64,000 bases of DNA from Octopus bimaculoides. Its lineage: Eukaryota. Position numbers and translations under genes: made by a program. Below are positions 52,116 to 64,000 of the stretch, piece by piece; within the stretch, counting starts at the first letter, position 1; each line of letters starts with the position of its first letter. Below the pieces are notes generated by a model. It ran no database searches. It was not told where the DNA came from and saw nothing but the letters and a program-made list of their open reading frames with translations. The DNA lies in contig NC_068994.1 in NCBI RefSeq assembly GCF_001194135.2, forward strand, positions 23,102,296-23,166,295. The letters run 5' to 3'.

Positions 52116-53782
52116 AACTTAGACATGCACACATACAAACAGGCACAGCACAAGAGCAGCTTTAGTATATGATATATATTGTTGTTATATTATTATTATT
52201 GTTGTTGTTATATTAAAGAGCAGCAGTCTTTTAAAAAAGAAGATATCACCTTCATCATTGATACTATCACTACTTTTACTATTATCAATAATAATAAGCA
52301 ACAACATCAAAGAGAGCAAAAATAAGAAATATAAGTGTGTATAAGAAATAGCATCAACTAGTTAAATATTTGAGATGTCTAATTATATTTGAAGAAGTTT
52401 CATTTGGTATGGCTCACAGATTAAGCAGAGGGGAAAAGAAATGAATGAAATGAGTTAAAAAAGGAAAGAAGACTAAAAGTTTTCAAAGACATGAACTGAA
52501 GAAATGAAGGTCAACAGTTGTGTGAGGTTTCTCATTGATTTAAAAATTTAAAGACAGATTCGAATCTGTTGAAGGTCTTCATGCTGGTATACATGGAGAG
52601 TCAAGAATAAATTGAGGGAGAGGAGAAGGACAGGAAGGCAAGAGAAGAGAGAAGGAATGAGTAAGGCAGACAAATGGAAAGAAAAAGATATCAAGGTTTG
52701 TTAGAAGAAAATGGGGTGAAATAGAGAGATAAAGAATATACTTGGGAGAAAACAAGAGGAGAGATTTTTGTATGTTGAGATCTCAATTTTTGTATGTTGA
52801 CATCTCAATTTCAACTGGTTACTGACCATTGCTCCCAGTTGAATGTGAGATATTGTGCGTTCATGCTTTCAGCTTGATCTGCTTCATAACTTCTACCATT
52901 TCAGGTCTAAACCAAGATTGTACATAGTACTGTCATTGTATGGAAGGTCTAGTGGGAACTTAAAAGCAGAATGAGTAGTCCTGCCACATGTGAGTGAAGA
53001 TTCAACAATTCCAGGTGCAGCCACCACAATAGCATTCTGCTTGAGTGAAGAAAGTTTTTGTCCAAATTTGGTTGATTAAAATGTTTTAACTCTTCCACTA
53101 GAAGCATCAAGGAAAACTATTCCTACTGAGTCAGATGTCACTAGTTGTTTTATCTTTCTATAAGCTTAATTTTTTAATCTGAAAGTAAAGGTAATACATT
53201 TTGGTGGACATATTGCTCCAGTTTTTGAATGTCATAACTGGTTGTCTAAAGAATCTCTTAATTGAGAATTGAAACTGCAGTTTGTACTGGAACTGAAATC
53301 ACATTGCAAAGAGGGAAAAGAACTGCATTAGTTATATTTGCAAGAAAGACATGAATTGGATTATTCTGAGTAACATTTCAATGAAGTTTACTGTTATATC
53401 TCCTTCTCCCTTTCTTACTTTCTTCTCTCACTCTTGTGTACACTATTAATGAAGTGTAAACAATAACGATTTCATTATATACCTTCTGTAGCTTTTCTTC
53501 TCATGTAGTGTTAACGATTTAATTTAATGGAATGCTGAGTTTTATAGACTCTAAATTCTTGACCACTTTGTACTGATGAGATCCAACTAAATCAAAATAG
53601 CAACCTCACATGATCGTTCAGAACTCTATGATTAATAGAAAATTTAAAAGATAAAAATTCCATTAAATAAATGAATAATGTACCTTACTCCTTTTCATTT
53701 CATTAACAAAAACAAGAAATATAATATGGATTACTAGCAAGATGATTGTCTCCTTTACTATAAATAACCAATCAACTGAGTG

Positions 53783-53824
<42 letters not shown>

Positions 53825-56353
53825 NNNNNNNNNNNNNNNNNNNNNNNNNNNNNNNNNNNNNNNNNNNNNNNNNNNNNNNNNNNNNNNNNNNNNNNNNNNN
53901 NNNNNNNNNNNNNNNNNNNNNNNNNNNNNNNNNNNNNNNNNNNNNNNNNNNNNNNNNNNNNNNNNNNNNNNNNNNNNNNNNNNNNNNNNNNNNNNNNNNN
54001 NNNNNNNNNNNNNNNNNNNNNNNNNNNNNNNNNNNNNNNNNNNNNNNNNNNNNNNNNNNNNNNNNNNNNNNNNNNNNNNNNNNNNNNNNNNNNNNNNNNN
54101 NNNNNNNNNNNNNNNNNNNNNNNNNNNNNNNNNNNNNNNNNNNNNNNNNNNNNNNNNNNNNNNNNNNNNNNNNNNNNNNNNACACACACACACACACACA
54201 CACACACATTATGAGTGCTGATTGAGAAAGTTTGTGAGAGGAAGGGAGAAAGAGAAAGAAGTTAAGGATTGATGGAGAAAAGAAAACAGTTTGACATGAC
54301 AAACTGATAGAGTTTCCGTACCTCACCTTAACACTCCTACACATCTACTGTTCTGTTACAACTTTCAATCTTTTTACAAATCGTTTCTTGAACCATCCTT
54401 GTTTTACTTGCAGAGGAGCTCAGATCCAAGACTTGTGTCCATACATTATTCTGGGTTGCAAAATTTGATGAGTTTCATTGATAAATGGTGACATTGTTTC
54501 AAAACTAATATACAAATGTTATAGATTTTCTCTGCTTTCCTGTGCTGTTTTCATATTGGTAATTTTTATTCCACATAAACCATCTTTTCTTGGTCCTTTT
54601 CTACCAAGAAAGTTTCTCTGTAATATGTTCTCTCAAAACAAATTCTCTGAGCTCAAATTGCTTTTTGCAGGGTTTTTACTGTATTTTATCTTCTCTTATT
54701 TCCCTTCAATCAACTTGGAACTCTCCCCACAGAAAATTCATTATTTGATTTCATTTCTGGTTGCATGGACATAATGAATGTAATAAAGAACCATTGCAAG
54801 GTTTATTGCATTGTGTATCCTTATAGGAATGTTTCATATGAACCAGTCTATTCAGAATGCAGATGTAAAATTTTAATACATTCGTACTTATTTAAGCTGA
54901 ATAGAACTCTGTATTATAAATTAAATTGAGACATTTCCACACGAAAAAACAAACAAACTCACAAATACTTGTGAAATGAGTCAATAAAAACATATTTGAT
55001 AAATAAAATGGTAAACAAGCAATGACTACAGGTTGTGCTGTGACACTATGAATACAAGCGTGTGATTGGATGAAGTGAGTGATGTCAATGGTATGTTATA
55101 AAAAGCAACTTTATGCCTGAAATATCATTCATGTTAAAATTAATGAGATTTTTTTCCCTCACATCAATTTCTAATGATATTAAAAATATCTATCTGTTTA
55201 TTTATCCATCTCTGGTTATAAAAGTAGGATGGTATATCTAGAGAGAACATGATAATTATCCAACTCTTACTGCTTTTACAAAGGAATACAATATATATAT
55301 ATATATATATATATAACAAACACAAGCACATGCATGAATCGCTTAATAAACAATGCACACATACATATATATATAACATATGCTCATACATAATATAAAT
55401 AAAACAGTGAGATAGACAACCACAATTCAGCATTTAAGTTTGGTAGTTTATAGCTATTTATAGTGTGTAAAACTCAGACACAACTTAATTGGTTCATCTA
55501 ATCTGAATAACAGTGCATTCCCTGAAAACATGGTTAATTAATTCATAAGGAACTACACAGTATTTTTGGATAATTTGAAATTCTATGTAAAGTATATCTT
55601 CTTTTGGTAAACATGCAATTTTGATGTTTTTCTGCAAGGTAAATCAAGTGGCTGGTGCCACAGAAAAAGCACCCAGCACAGTCTGTAAAGTGGTTGGCAT
55701 TAGGAAGGGCATTGGCCCAAGGAAACCATTCCAAACAGACAGATGGGGCCTGGGCAGCTCTCCAGCTGGGCAGCTCCTGTCAAACTGTCCAACTCATGCC
55801 AGCATGGAAAACAAACATTACATGCTGCTGCTGCTCATGTTGATGATGAGGAGTGAATTTGGCTAGTTTCTAGTCTTCATAAACCGTTATCAGAAAACAA
55901 TAGCCATCTTCTTTCACTTTAGCTGAGTTTATTTGTATATACAATAAATAAATTTCAACTGTTAACCTCATTGTAAATAGAAGGAGAGTATTCTTTCACT
56001 AGTGAATGTCAAATGAAACTAAAAACTACATTATGTCACCATATCTGCCGATGAAAAAGTAAAACACCTGGGGTTATAACAATTTTCTTTACTTTTCACA
56101 GTTTGCATGCTTATATAAAAAAAAGTATTCCTTACAGTACATTTCAAATTAAAACAAAGTCCCTGTATAGTGCATTTCCAATTCACACACACACACACAC
56201 ACACACATTCTTTTATTTGTTTCAGTCTTTTGACTGCAGCCATGCTGGACACTGCCTTTAGTCAAACAAATTAACCCCAGGACTTATTCTTTGTAAGCCT
56301 AGTACTTATTCTATTGGTCTCTTTTGCCGAACTGCTAAGTTACGGGTATGTAG

Positions 56354-56388
<35 letters not shown>

Positions 56389-57009
56389 NNNNNNNNNNNN
56401 NNNNNNNNNNNNNNNNNNNNNNNNNNNNNNNNNNNNNNNNNNNATATATGTATATACATATATACATATATATGGGGTTTTTTCAGTTTCCGTCTACCAA
56501 ATCTACTCACAAGGCTTTGGTTGGCCCGAAGCTATAGTAGAAGACACTTGCCCAAGGTGCCATGCAGTGGGACTGAACCTGAAACCATGTGGTTGGTAAG
56601 GAAGCTACTTACCACATAGACACTCTCTCCCATTGGAGATGATGGCATACGAGTGTTGAGCTTTTGCTGAATGACCTGCACAAATGATTTGCTTATAGTG
56701 ATCAAATGTTCATGCCACATATTAGCTCACTCTCTCCATCAAATTGTCATTGTCTGTTATAGTACTTCTCCTGCATGTCTCACTGTGAAATTCATATCCA
56801 TTGTTCATCTTCTAGATTGGAAACCACATTGAGATTCAGATAGGACATCATTTACAAGACACCTATTCAGGTGAGTAAGGAGAATACTTTCCAGAACTTT
56901 GCCAGCAGCTTATAGTAGAGAAATACCTCTGTAGTTTCCACACTCTACTCTGGTTTCCTTTCTTTTATAGAGAGGAAGAATAATTGCATCCTTCCAGTCT
57001 TTAGGCATT

Positions 57010-58900
57010 GCCTCATACTTCCAGATTACACCATCTCACCAGATTAATAAGTTCATGAAAGGACTGTGTGATGTAATCACCACCAAATCGCAGGACCTTA
57101 GCACAAATACTATCCTTTCTAGGTACCTTACCAAGATTCAGTTTACTTATTGCTGTCATTACCTCATTTATTGAGGGCATAGAATTTAAGGAGCTAATGT
57201 CAAATTTCTGTTGTATAGTGTCAATCACTGCTTTGTCCACATGGTTTAAGAGTTTAGAAAAATGTTCAATCCAGCGATCCATGATCTCTGTTGATTTAGT
57301 AAACAGAGTAGAAGATTCCTTGGAAAGCAAAGGAGCTAATGCAGAGCTCTTACACCCATAAACTTGCTTCATAAGACGGTAAAGCTTCTTGCTGTCATTT
57401 GCATCAGCAGCAGCCTGAACATCATGAGCAAGGTCCTCCCACCCGGTGTTCTGTATCTTCCTGAGAGATCGCTACAGTAGTGACTTTACACTACTGTAGT
57501 GGGCAAGTGCTAGATTTCACTGCACAACTGAAAGTCCTTTGTGCAATAATATACTGTGGTCATGGTGTTTTACGATCAGCAGTCACTGAACTTCAGCATC
57601 ATTTTGATCAAGCCAGTCTCTGTGTCAGGGAGTAGCATATCCCAGTGTTTCAGCAGCACATTGAAAAACTTGGGTCTCGAAAATCTTTCCATACTATAGT
57701 ATTTTCAATGCTGGATAAATGATTCTGAAGCTCTTTCATTACCACAACATTATATATCTTATGGACATTCAGACACCAATGAATGCCAACTGGCTCTTTA
57801 CTTTCTTTCATTCTGATCATCATCCAGAACTTTGCTCGCACCAGGTTGTAGTCCATCAAGCACTCTGAACCATGAAAGGACTTCACAATACAAATGTCAT
57901 AGATGTCACGCTTGCGAGGGTGCATCCATGCTGTTGTGTAATCACCTCTGTGCATAAAATGAATACTTGCAATATAAAGTCCGTATTCCTCGCAAAGCTC
58001 CAGAAGCATGAGACCATTGCTATTCATTTTCCCTATACTAAAAACGTCCAAGAGAGTTCCACATCTGCCAATCTGTTCCAACCCTGGTATTGAAATCCCC
58101 CAGTAGAATGACTTTATCAGAATTAGGGATTTTCCTAAATATGGCTCTCATCTGGGTATAGAAAATAGTTTTATCTTCATCATAACTAGTCAAAATAGGT
58201 GCATAGGCACTAATTAAAGTTGTAAACCACCTCTCAAGTGCAAACGTACAGTCATTAGACAATCCTTTATAGGAACAGGAAGTTCTTCCAACTTCTTAAG
58301 GATTTCAGATCGAATTGCAAAGCCAACACCAGCCTCTCTGCACTCCTCCTTTGGTTTCTCCTTCCCCAAAATGGTGTATCCACCTCCTACCTCCTCAAGC
58401 TGACCATCACCTTCTATACGTGTCTCTGAAAGTGCAGCTATATCAGTGTGATAATGGTTCAGCTCACAAGCAACAGGCGCAGTGTGTCTTTCAGGCCTAC
58501 AGTCACTCTTGTTATCCAACAGAGTGTGTACATTCCAGCATGAAATATTCCAGTTCCAGCCAGATTTTATAAGTATTCTCTTTGCTTTTCAAGCAGAGGA
58601 TGGACATCCATCAGTCGTGTTAAACTAACCAGATAGAGAAAGACAGACAGTTTATGGTTCACCTTTTCTAGGACCTCCCCGGCTTCTGGGTGAGCAGGCC
58701 TCTGTCCAAATGGAGCTACTCAGACGCCCATGCAGCAACTGAATCCCATCGCTGTCTTGGGTGGCAAGGAGATGACTTTATATCTAACATGGGCTGCCTA
58801 CATGCAGGTTGCTGACTACATGCTTCCAACCCATCAGGTCTGCATGTTTCACCACCTTCCCATCGCCACAGGACTTCAGAATAAAAATATATATAAATAC
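57010..58900 (-). mobile_element. RTE (BovB-like) LINE: 5' UTR, APE endonuclease and linker, truncated at the RT start
   Basis: Motifs DIAALSETR, EAGVGFAI, TLISAYAP, ILLGDFNTRVG, GKMNSNGLMLLELC, WMHP and LNLGKVP. Confidence 0.92.
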
Positions 58901-59490
58901 ATATTTAAAAAAAAAAAGAGAGAAGCAATGCTCATGTAAAGGAAAAGTCATCAATGCCTGTGCAAAGTTTTAGGTCCAAGAAGGCTTGCACGACACCTCA
59001 TAGACCCTCTCCTCTCTATTGAAATGTTCCAGAGAAAAGCTGAGGCAAGATCTCTGCTGCCAATATGAGTTGCAGGTTCAGGGATGTGGGACAGCCATGA
59101 TCTCAAGCATAAGCAAAAGATCTCTAAAATGTTCAACGCCATTCCCTGCATATCTGGCTTTATATCAGAGTAGCCTTCTCCTAGAGATATACTTCAACAA
59201 GAGCTAAGGGGTACCTCACTCCCAGTAGTCTTACAGTATGCTAGACACCATCCTGGAATTTCTGTGTGCCTGTGCTATTGCTAGATAGTCGTTGAACCTG
59301 CATCAGGTTCAACCGGCCTTTTGACAGGTTTTGTTTTCAGTCTTGCAGGGTTTCTAGCAACACTCTTCACCAGGCTAGCCTGGTAGGGGTGCCAGTTTAG
59401 TTGCCGACAACCTGACCATGCTGTAGGGTTGTATTGGGTTCCATGTTATCAGTAGCACTCATGAGAGCCTCACAAGTGACCTGGCATACA

Positions 59491-59519
<29 letters not shown>

Positions 59520-59521
<2 letters not shown>

Positions 59522-59680
59522 CAAATAGAGTGGGTATGCAACAATCAATTAATTGGACCATGTACACTGCATGTCAGATGGTAGAATCCCAAAGGACTTA
59601 CAGTATGGTAAACTGGCAAGAGAACACAGAGGCAACCCCATCAAGACCAAAACAAGATTTTACAGACTCTGGCTCCGTGT
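59520..59680 (+). mobile_element. RTE LINE C-terminal fragment
   Basis: Reads LDHVHCMSDGRIPKDLQYGKLA, cf. LGHVxRMxDGRIPKxxLYGEL. Confidence 0.8.
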
Positions 59681-59868
59681 GTGTAAGTATGTGTTTATTT
59701 ATTCATGTATGTATGTATGTATGTATGTACGTGTATATGTATTTGTGTGTATATGTATTTGTGTGTATATGTATGTGTGTGTGTGTGCATGTGCATGTAT
59801 ATAGGTATTTATTTACGTATGTATGTATACATACGCACATATATACGTATAATATCTATATCTATATC

Positions 59869-59954
<86 letters not shown>

Positions 59955-60649
59955 GTACATAATACATGTATATACATACATATTATCTATATATGATTTA
60001 CATAATATATATAATATATAATATGAATATATAGATATATGTCATTTGTCTGTCTGTCTATCTTTCTATTTATCTGTGTGTGTTTGTGTGTGTGAAATGA
60101 GTTTGCCTAGCATCTGCTTTAGTAACAAACACTACTTTTGTAGCCATGACAACAACAGACTACGTCAGAGAGGGGAAAAACTTGGTGTCGTCTGCTTCAA
60201 ATCAACTCAATGATTCTGAAGAAAAAAAATCAACTACAACAACTATGAAGACGATGCCGACGCTGATGACGCCGCTGCCGCTGCCACCGCCGCCGCCACC
60301 GCCACCACCACCACCACCACTACCACCACCACCACCACCAACCACAACAACGAGAACAAGAACAACAACAGCAAGGAAACTTTGTTTACTTCTATAATCA
60401 GCAGTGAGTGGATTACACAGTCACTCTGCCACAAGGAAAATATGTAAAAAAATATAAATATGATACTATGCACCTGGGATTGATGAAACTTCCAATCATA
60501 GTACATACTACTCAAGAAAAAAAAAAAAAAGAGAAAACCTTGTTTATACATGTATGAGCAGAAAGGACAAAAATGATCTACTGTATTCCAGTCTAGTTAG
60601 TATAAGCGAAAGGAAGTATGATTTTCTTATATCAAAAATGTAAGTCAGT

Positions 60650-61150
60650 GGTCCTAAATGTGAAGTTAATGGCTGATACCATTTGTAGATGTTTATGCCC
60701 CAACTGGAGTGGCAGGACTGGATTTCTGTGCCTGTTTAGAGACATTCCTAGGAAAATTCCACTTACTAGGGTTAGGGATTGTAAGTGATTAGAATAACAT
60801 TTTTGGTACACGCAACAATCATGTGGGTGTAGCTGATTGGGGTGCAAAATCCTCACAAAACTTCTCAGATTCTTCGACTTTTCTGACAGGTTTTATGCTG
60901 ATTTCTTCAAATGAATGAATATGGGCTTGGTCTAATTACAAGGTAATCCAGGCCTTTATATAGAATTTTTGTAATGTTAGCAGATAGTAGTCCAGAGTTC
61001 TTTTGATAGTTGACTACATGAACCAGCAACTTGTGATCTGTAACTTAGAAAAAACCAATAGAGGAGAGCCAATTACTGAAAGCTGAATGCATCCTTTCTG
61101 ACACAAGAAGATTCCAGAGGCTTGATTGACAGATTAATTAAGTTGTAATT
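60650..61150 (+). mobile_element. Tx1/L1-clade LINE endonuclease remnant
   Basis: Reads VDVYAPTGVAGLDFCACLETFLG..SD*NNI, and later a degraded (YW)KLNAS-like segment. Confidence 0.6.
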
Positions 61151-61680
61151 GACAGGTGCCATCATCAACATCAAGTAGATTGTCATACCAAAGAAAAAAT
61201 TTGGTTAGCATCAGTTTGATTAAATATAGAAATAGCTATAAAGAATAACAAAGTACATAAAGAATTAGTCATTGTTGCTGTTAGCATGTTGGTAAGAATA
61301 AGCCTCTGGCTTCTCAGAAACGTCCAGGTGTTAGCAAACATCCAAGTGGATAAGAACTGAGAAGAGATTGCAAAATAAGTACCAACTGAGTACTGGGGTC
61401 ATGTAATCAACTTAATCCCTTTTCCAGAATTGCTACCCTTGTGCCAAAATTTGAAACCATTATTATTATTTAAGGCAGTGAGCTGGTAGAATCGTTAGCA
61501 TGCTGGGCAAAATGGTTTGCAGCGTTTTGTCTGTCTTTACATTCTGAGTTCAAATTTTGCCAAGGTTGACTTTACCTTTCATCCTTTCTGGGTTAATGAT
61601 ATAAGTACCAGTTGATTACTGGGTTCAATGTAATTGACTTCCCCCCCCCCCCCAAACTGCTAGTCTTGTGCCAAAATTTG

Positions 61681-61717
<37 letters not shown>

Positions 61718-62507
61718 TATTATTATCATTATTATTATTATTAAGATGATGGATTGGCAGAATTATTAGAGGTTAGATAAAATACATTCAAGTATTTTGG
61801 CTCTATCTCTACAATCTGAGTTCCAATTCCACGTAGGTCAACTTCTTTCATATTTTCAATGTTGATAAAATAAGGCACCAGTCAGGTACTGGGTTGATGT
61901 AAATGACCAATACATACCTTCCAAAATGTCAGGCCTTGTGCCTATATTATAAACAATAGGTGCAGGCATGGCTGTGTGGTATGAAGTTTACTTCCCAACC
62001 ATCTGGTTTCAGGTTCAGTCCCACTGCGTGACACCTTAGGCAAGTGTTTTCTACTATAGACTTGAGCTGGCCAAAGCCTTGTAAGTGGATTTGGTGGATG
62101 GAAACTGAAAAATGCCCGTTGTCTATATATACATATATATATATATATATCTATCTATATATATATATTATATATGTGTGCATGTTTGTGTCTTTTTGTA
62201 TGTGTTTGTTCCACTGCTTGGCAACTGGTATTGGTGTGTTTATATCCCTGTAACATAATGGTTTGGCAAACAGAGACTGAGAGAATAAGTACTAAGCTTT
62301 AAAAAAAATAATAAGCATGGCCACAGTCTAATGATTGGAAGAAGAAAAAGATAAAAGATAATGGCTGTTGTTGATGGGTCTTGCTTCAGCATGATATATT
62401 ATGTATCACTTATGTAAATTAAAATCATTCTTTCTGCCCCCACCCCATCATAGAAAGAGAGATAAAGAGAGAAAGAGGGAGATAGGTAGATAGAGATAGA
62501 TAGACAG

Positions 62508-62596
<89 letters not shown>

Positions 62597-63381
62597 AACA
62601 GATAGACAGACAGAGACAGAGAGATATGAGTGGACAGCAAAGACAAACAGCAGGTTTCAGAGGCTGCTGTTCTTTGGAACTTGGGTTCTGTTGTTTCTGT
62701 GCCTCTGAGTGTATCTGACAGCCATGGTGACAAAATTCCATTTCCTGATAAACATGGCTATGATTCATATCCAGACACTGGTGCTGTATTGTGTCACTGA
62801 CAAAGACCCTCAATGACCCAGTCTGCAAATTGTAAATGGTAGTTTATAAAACATTAAAATATGTCATTATTGTTTGTTTAGCTCCAGATCAGCCCTGCTC
62901 AAATGTATTCTGGCTAGAATCATCAGTCTCATTTCAATAAGGTGCAGTATATCTCAGATCAAATTATCTAATGTGCCTTTTTCTTAGGTTGTGGTTTCGA
63001 TAAGGTTTGGTTGCTATTTCTTGCTTGTCAAATTATCACAGCTAGCAATTTAGCTTTATAGAATTGATTATTGTAAGCAGCGGAGGTGAAGCATTGTTAA
63101 ATATTTCATTGATGCAAATTTGAAACCTTCATATGGCATTAACTTCCTTTGAATGATTAAGGCAAAGTTTTTTCAGTAACTGAATGGAAAGTTGGATATT
63201 ACATCAATAGCACAGAAGGAAATACTTTGATTACTGGGAAATGGTTGTGATATGTTAATTTGAAAGTCGTATAACATATTGCTGAAATAATTACATAAAT
63301 TTGTTTTTGTTTACAAGATTATTGTGTGAAGTAACTCAGCTCTTATTAAAGATATAATGGATAGTTTGAATATAATGAATG

Positions 63382-63421
<40 letters not shown>

Positions 63422-64000
63422 TGTGTGTGAATGTGCATGTATGTGTATATCTAGTATATAATTGCAAGTGTATGTGGTTACGGAAGTGTATGTGTTTATC
63501 CCCCAAAGGTTCTGAAATAGTGCATTCTCAAAAAAAAAAAATGAATTTGATTTTCACATTCTGCATCTCACAGACGATATTGATCATAAATAATAATAAT
63601 AAGAAAAAATATAATTTTCTACAAGAAATTACTCAACTTGTAGGTTGACAACTTCCCCCCTCTCTATCTATCATGATCAAACTATCTTTCTCCCTATACT
63701 CACTCTCTTTGTATATGTATTACTCTCATGCATTGCTTTCATTTTGTTTAACACTTCGTCTTCTAATGTTTACTTTCATTTTATCACAGCTATCATGTAC
63801 AAAAATAATGTTTTCTGATTGAGAAAAAATGAACAAACTCTAAACCTCTGTAACATTTATCTAAAATTTTTCTAGCATAAATGAATTACAAGCTTGGATT
63901 CATTGTGAAAAAGTATATCAATATACCAAATTTGAAAATTTTCACTTAATTTTAAAATTTAGACATCTGTGACAGCAACAGAAAAGATCACTTCCTCTCT

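Noticed and set aside
52554-52569. 16-bp palindrome ACAGATTCGAATCTGT, plus short tandem duplications (21199-21258, 49729-49772, 52766-52810)
   Set aside because: Isolated and without supporting context; short duplications are common slippage products.
60146-60397. Pro/Thr-rich ORF
   Set aside because: A trinucleotide low-complexity tract (GCC/ACC/ACA) without splice or homology support.
60764-60780. Telomere-like agggttaggg
   Set aside because: Fewer than two full units, and it lies inside the Tx1 coding remnant.

Overview
AT-rich, microsatellite- and transposon-dense animal genomic DNA with about 11 N-gaps. The SINE, mariner/maT and RTE families point to a coleoid cephalopod, most likely Octopus (inference, no database search). 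It contains no prokaryotic features, CRISPR arrays or rRNA/tRNA genes. I can support one host gene: five minus-strand exons (19520-19225, 14656-14561, 12735-12607, 8955-8884, 3557-3409). They splice in frame via canonical GT-AG sites into 246 codons of a divergent M13 (neprilysin/ECE-like) metallopeptidase ectodomain. Its 5' exons (TM, DPC..CGGW) and 3' exons (HExxH) were not found in the window. The rest is degraded mobile DNA: two mariner (DD34D) subfamilies, maT (DD37D) deletion derivatives, hAT- and piggyBac-type MITEs, RTE, CR1/L2, Zenon-like CR1, Tx1, CRE-like and Penelope-like retroelement remnants, and at least three tRNA-derived SINE types. Most ORFs in the supplied track are microsatellite, N-gap or TE artefacts. 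I see no clear-cut new biological system. The best leads are the atypical M13 exon, the splice-regulatory setting of the exons (UCAU cluster, inverted SINEs, symmetric exons) and a young ~600-bp direct repeat bracketing an exon.
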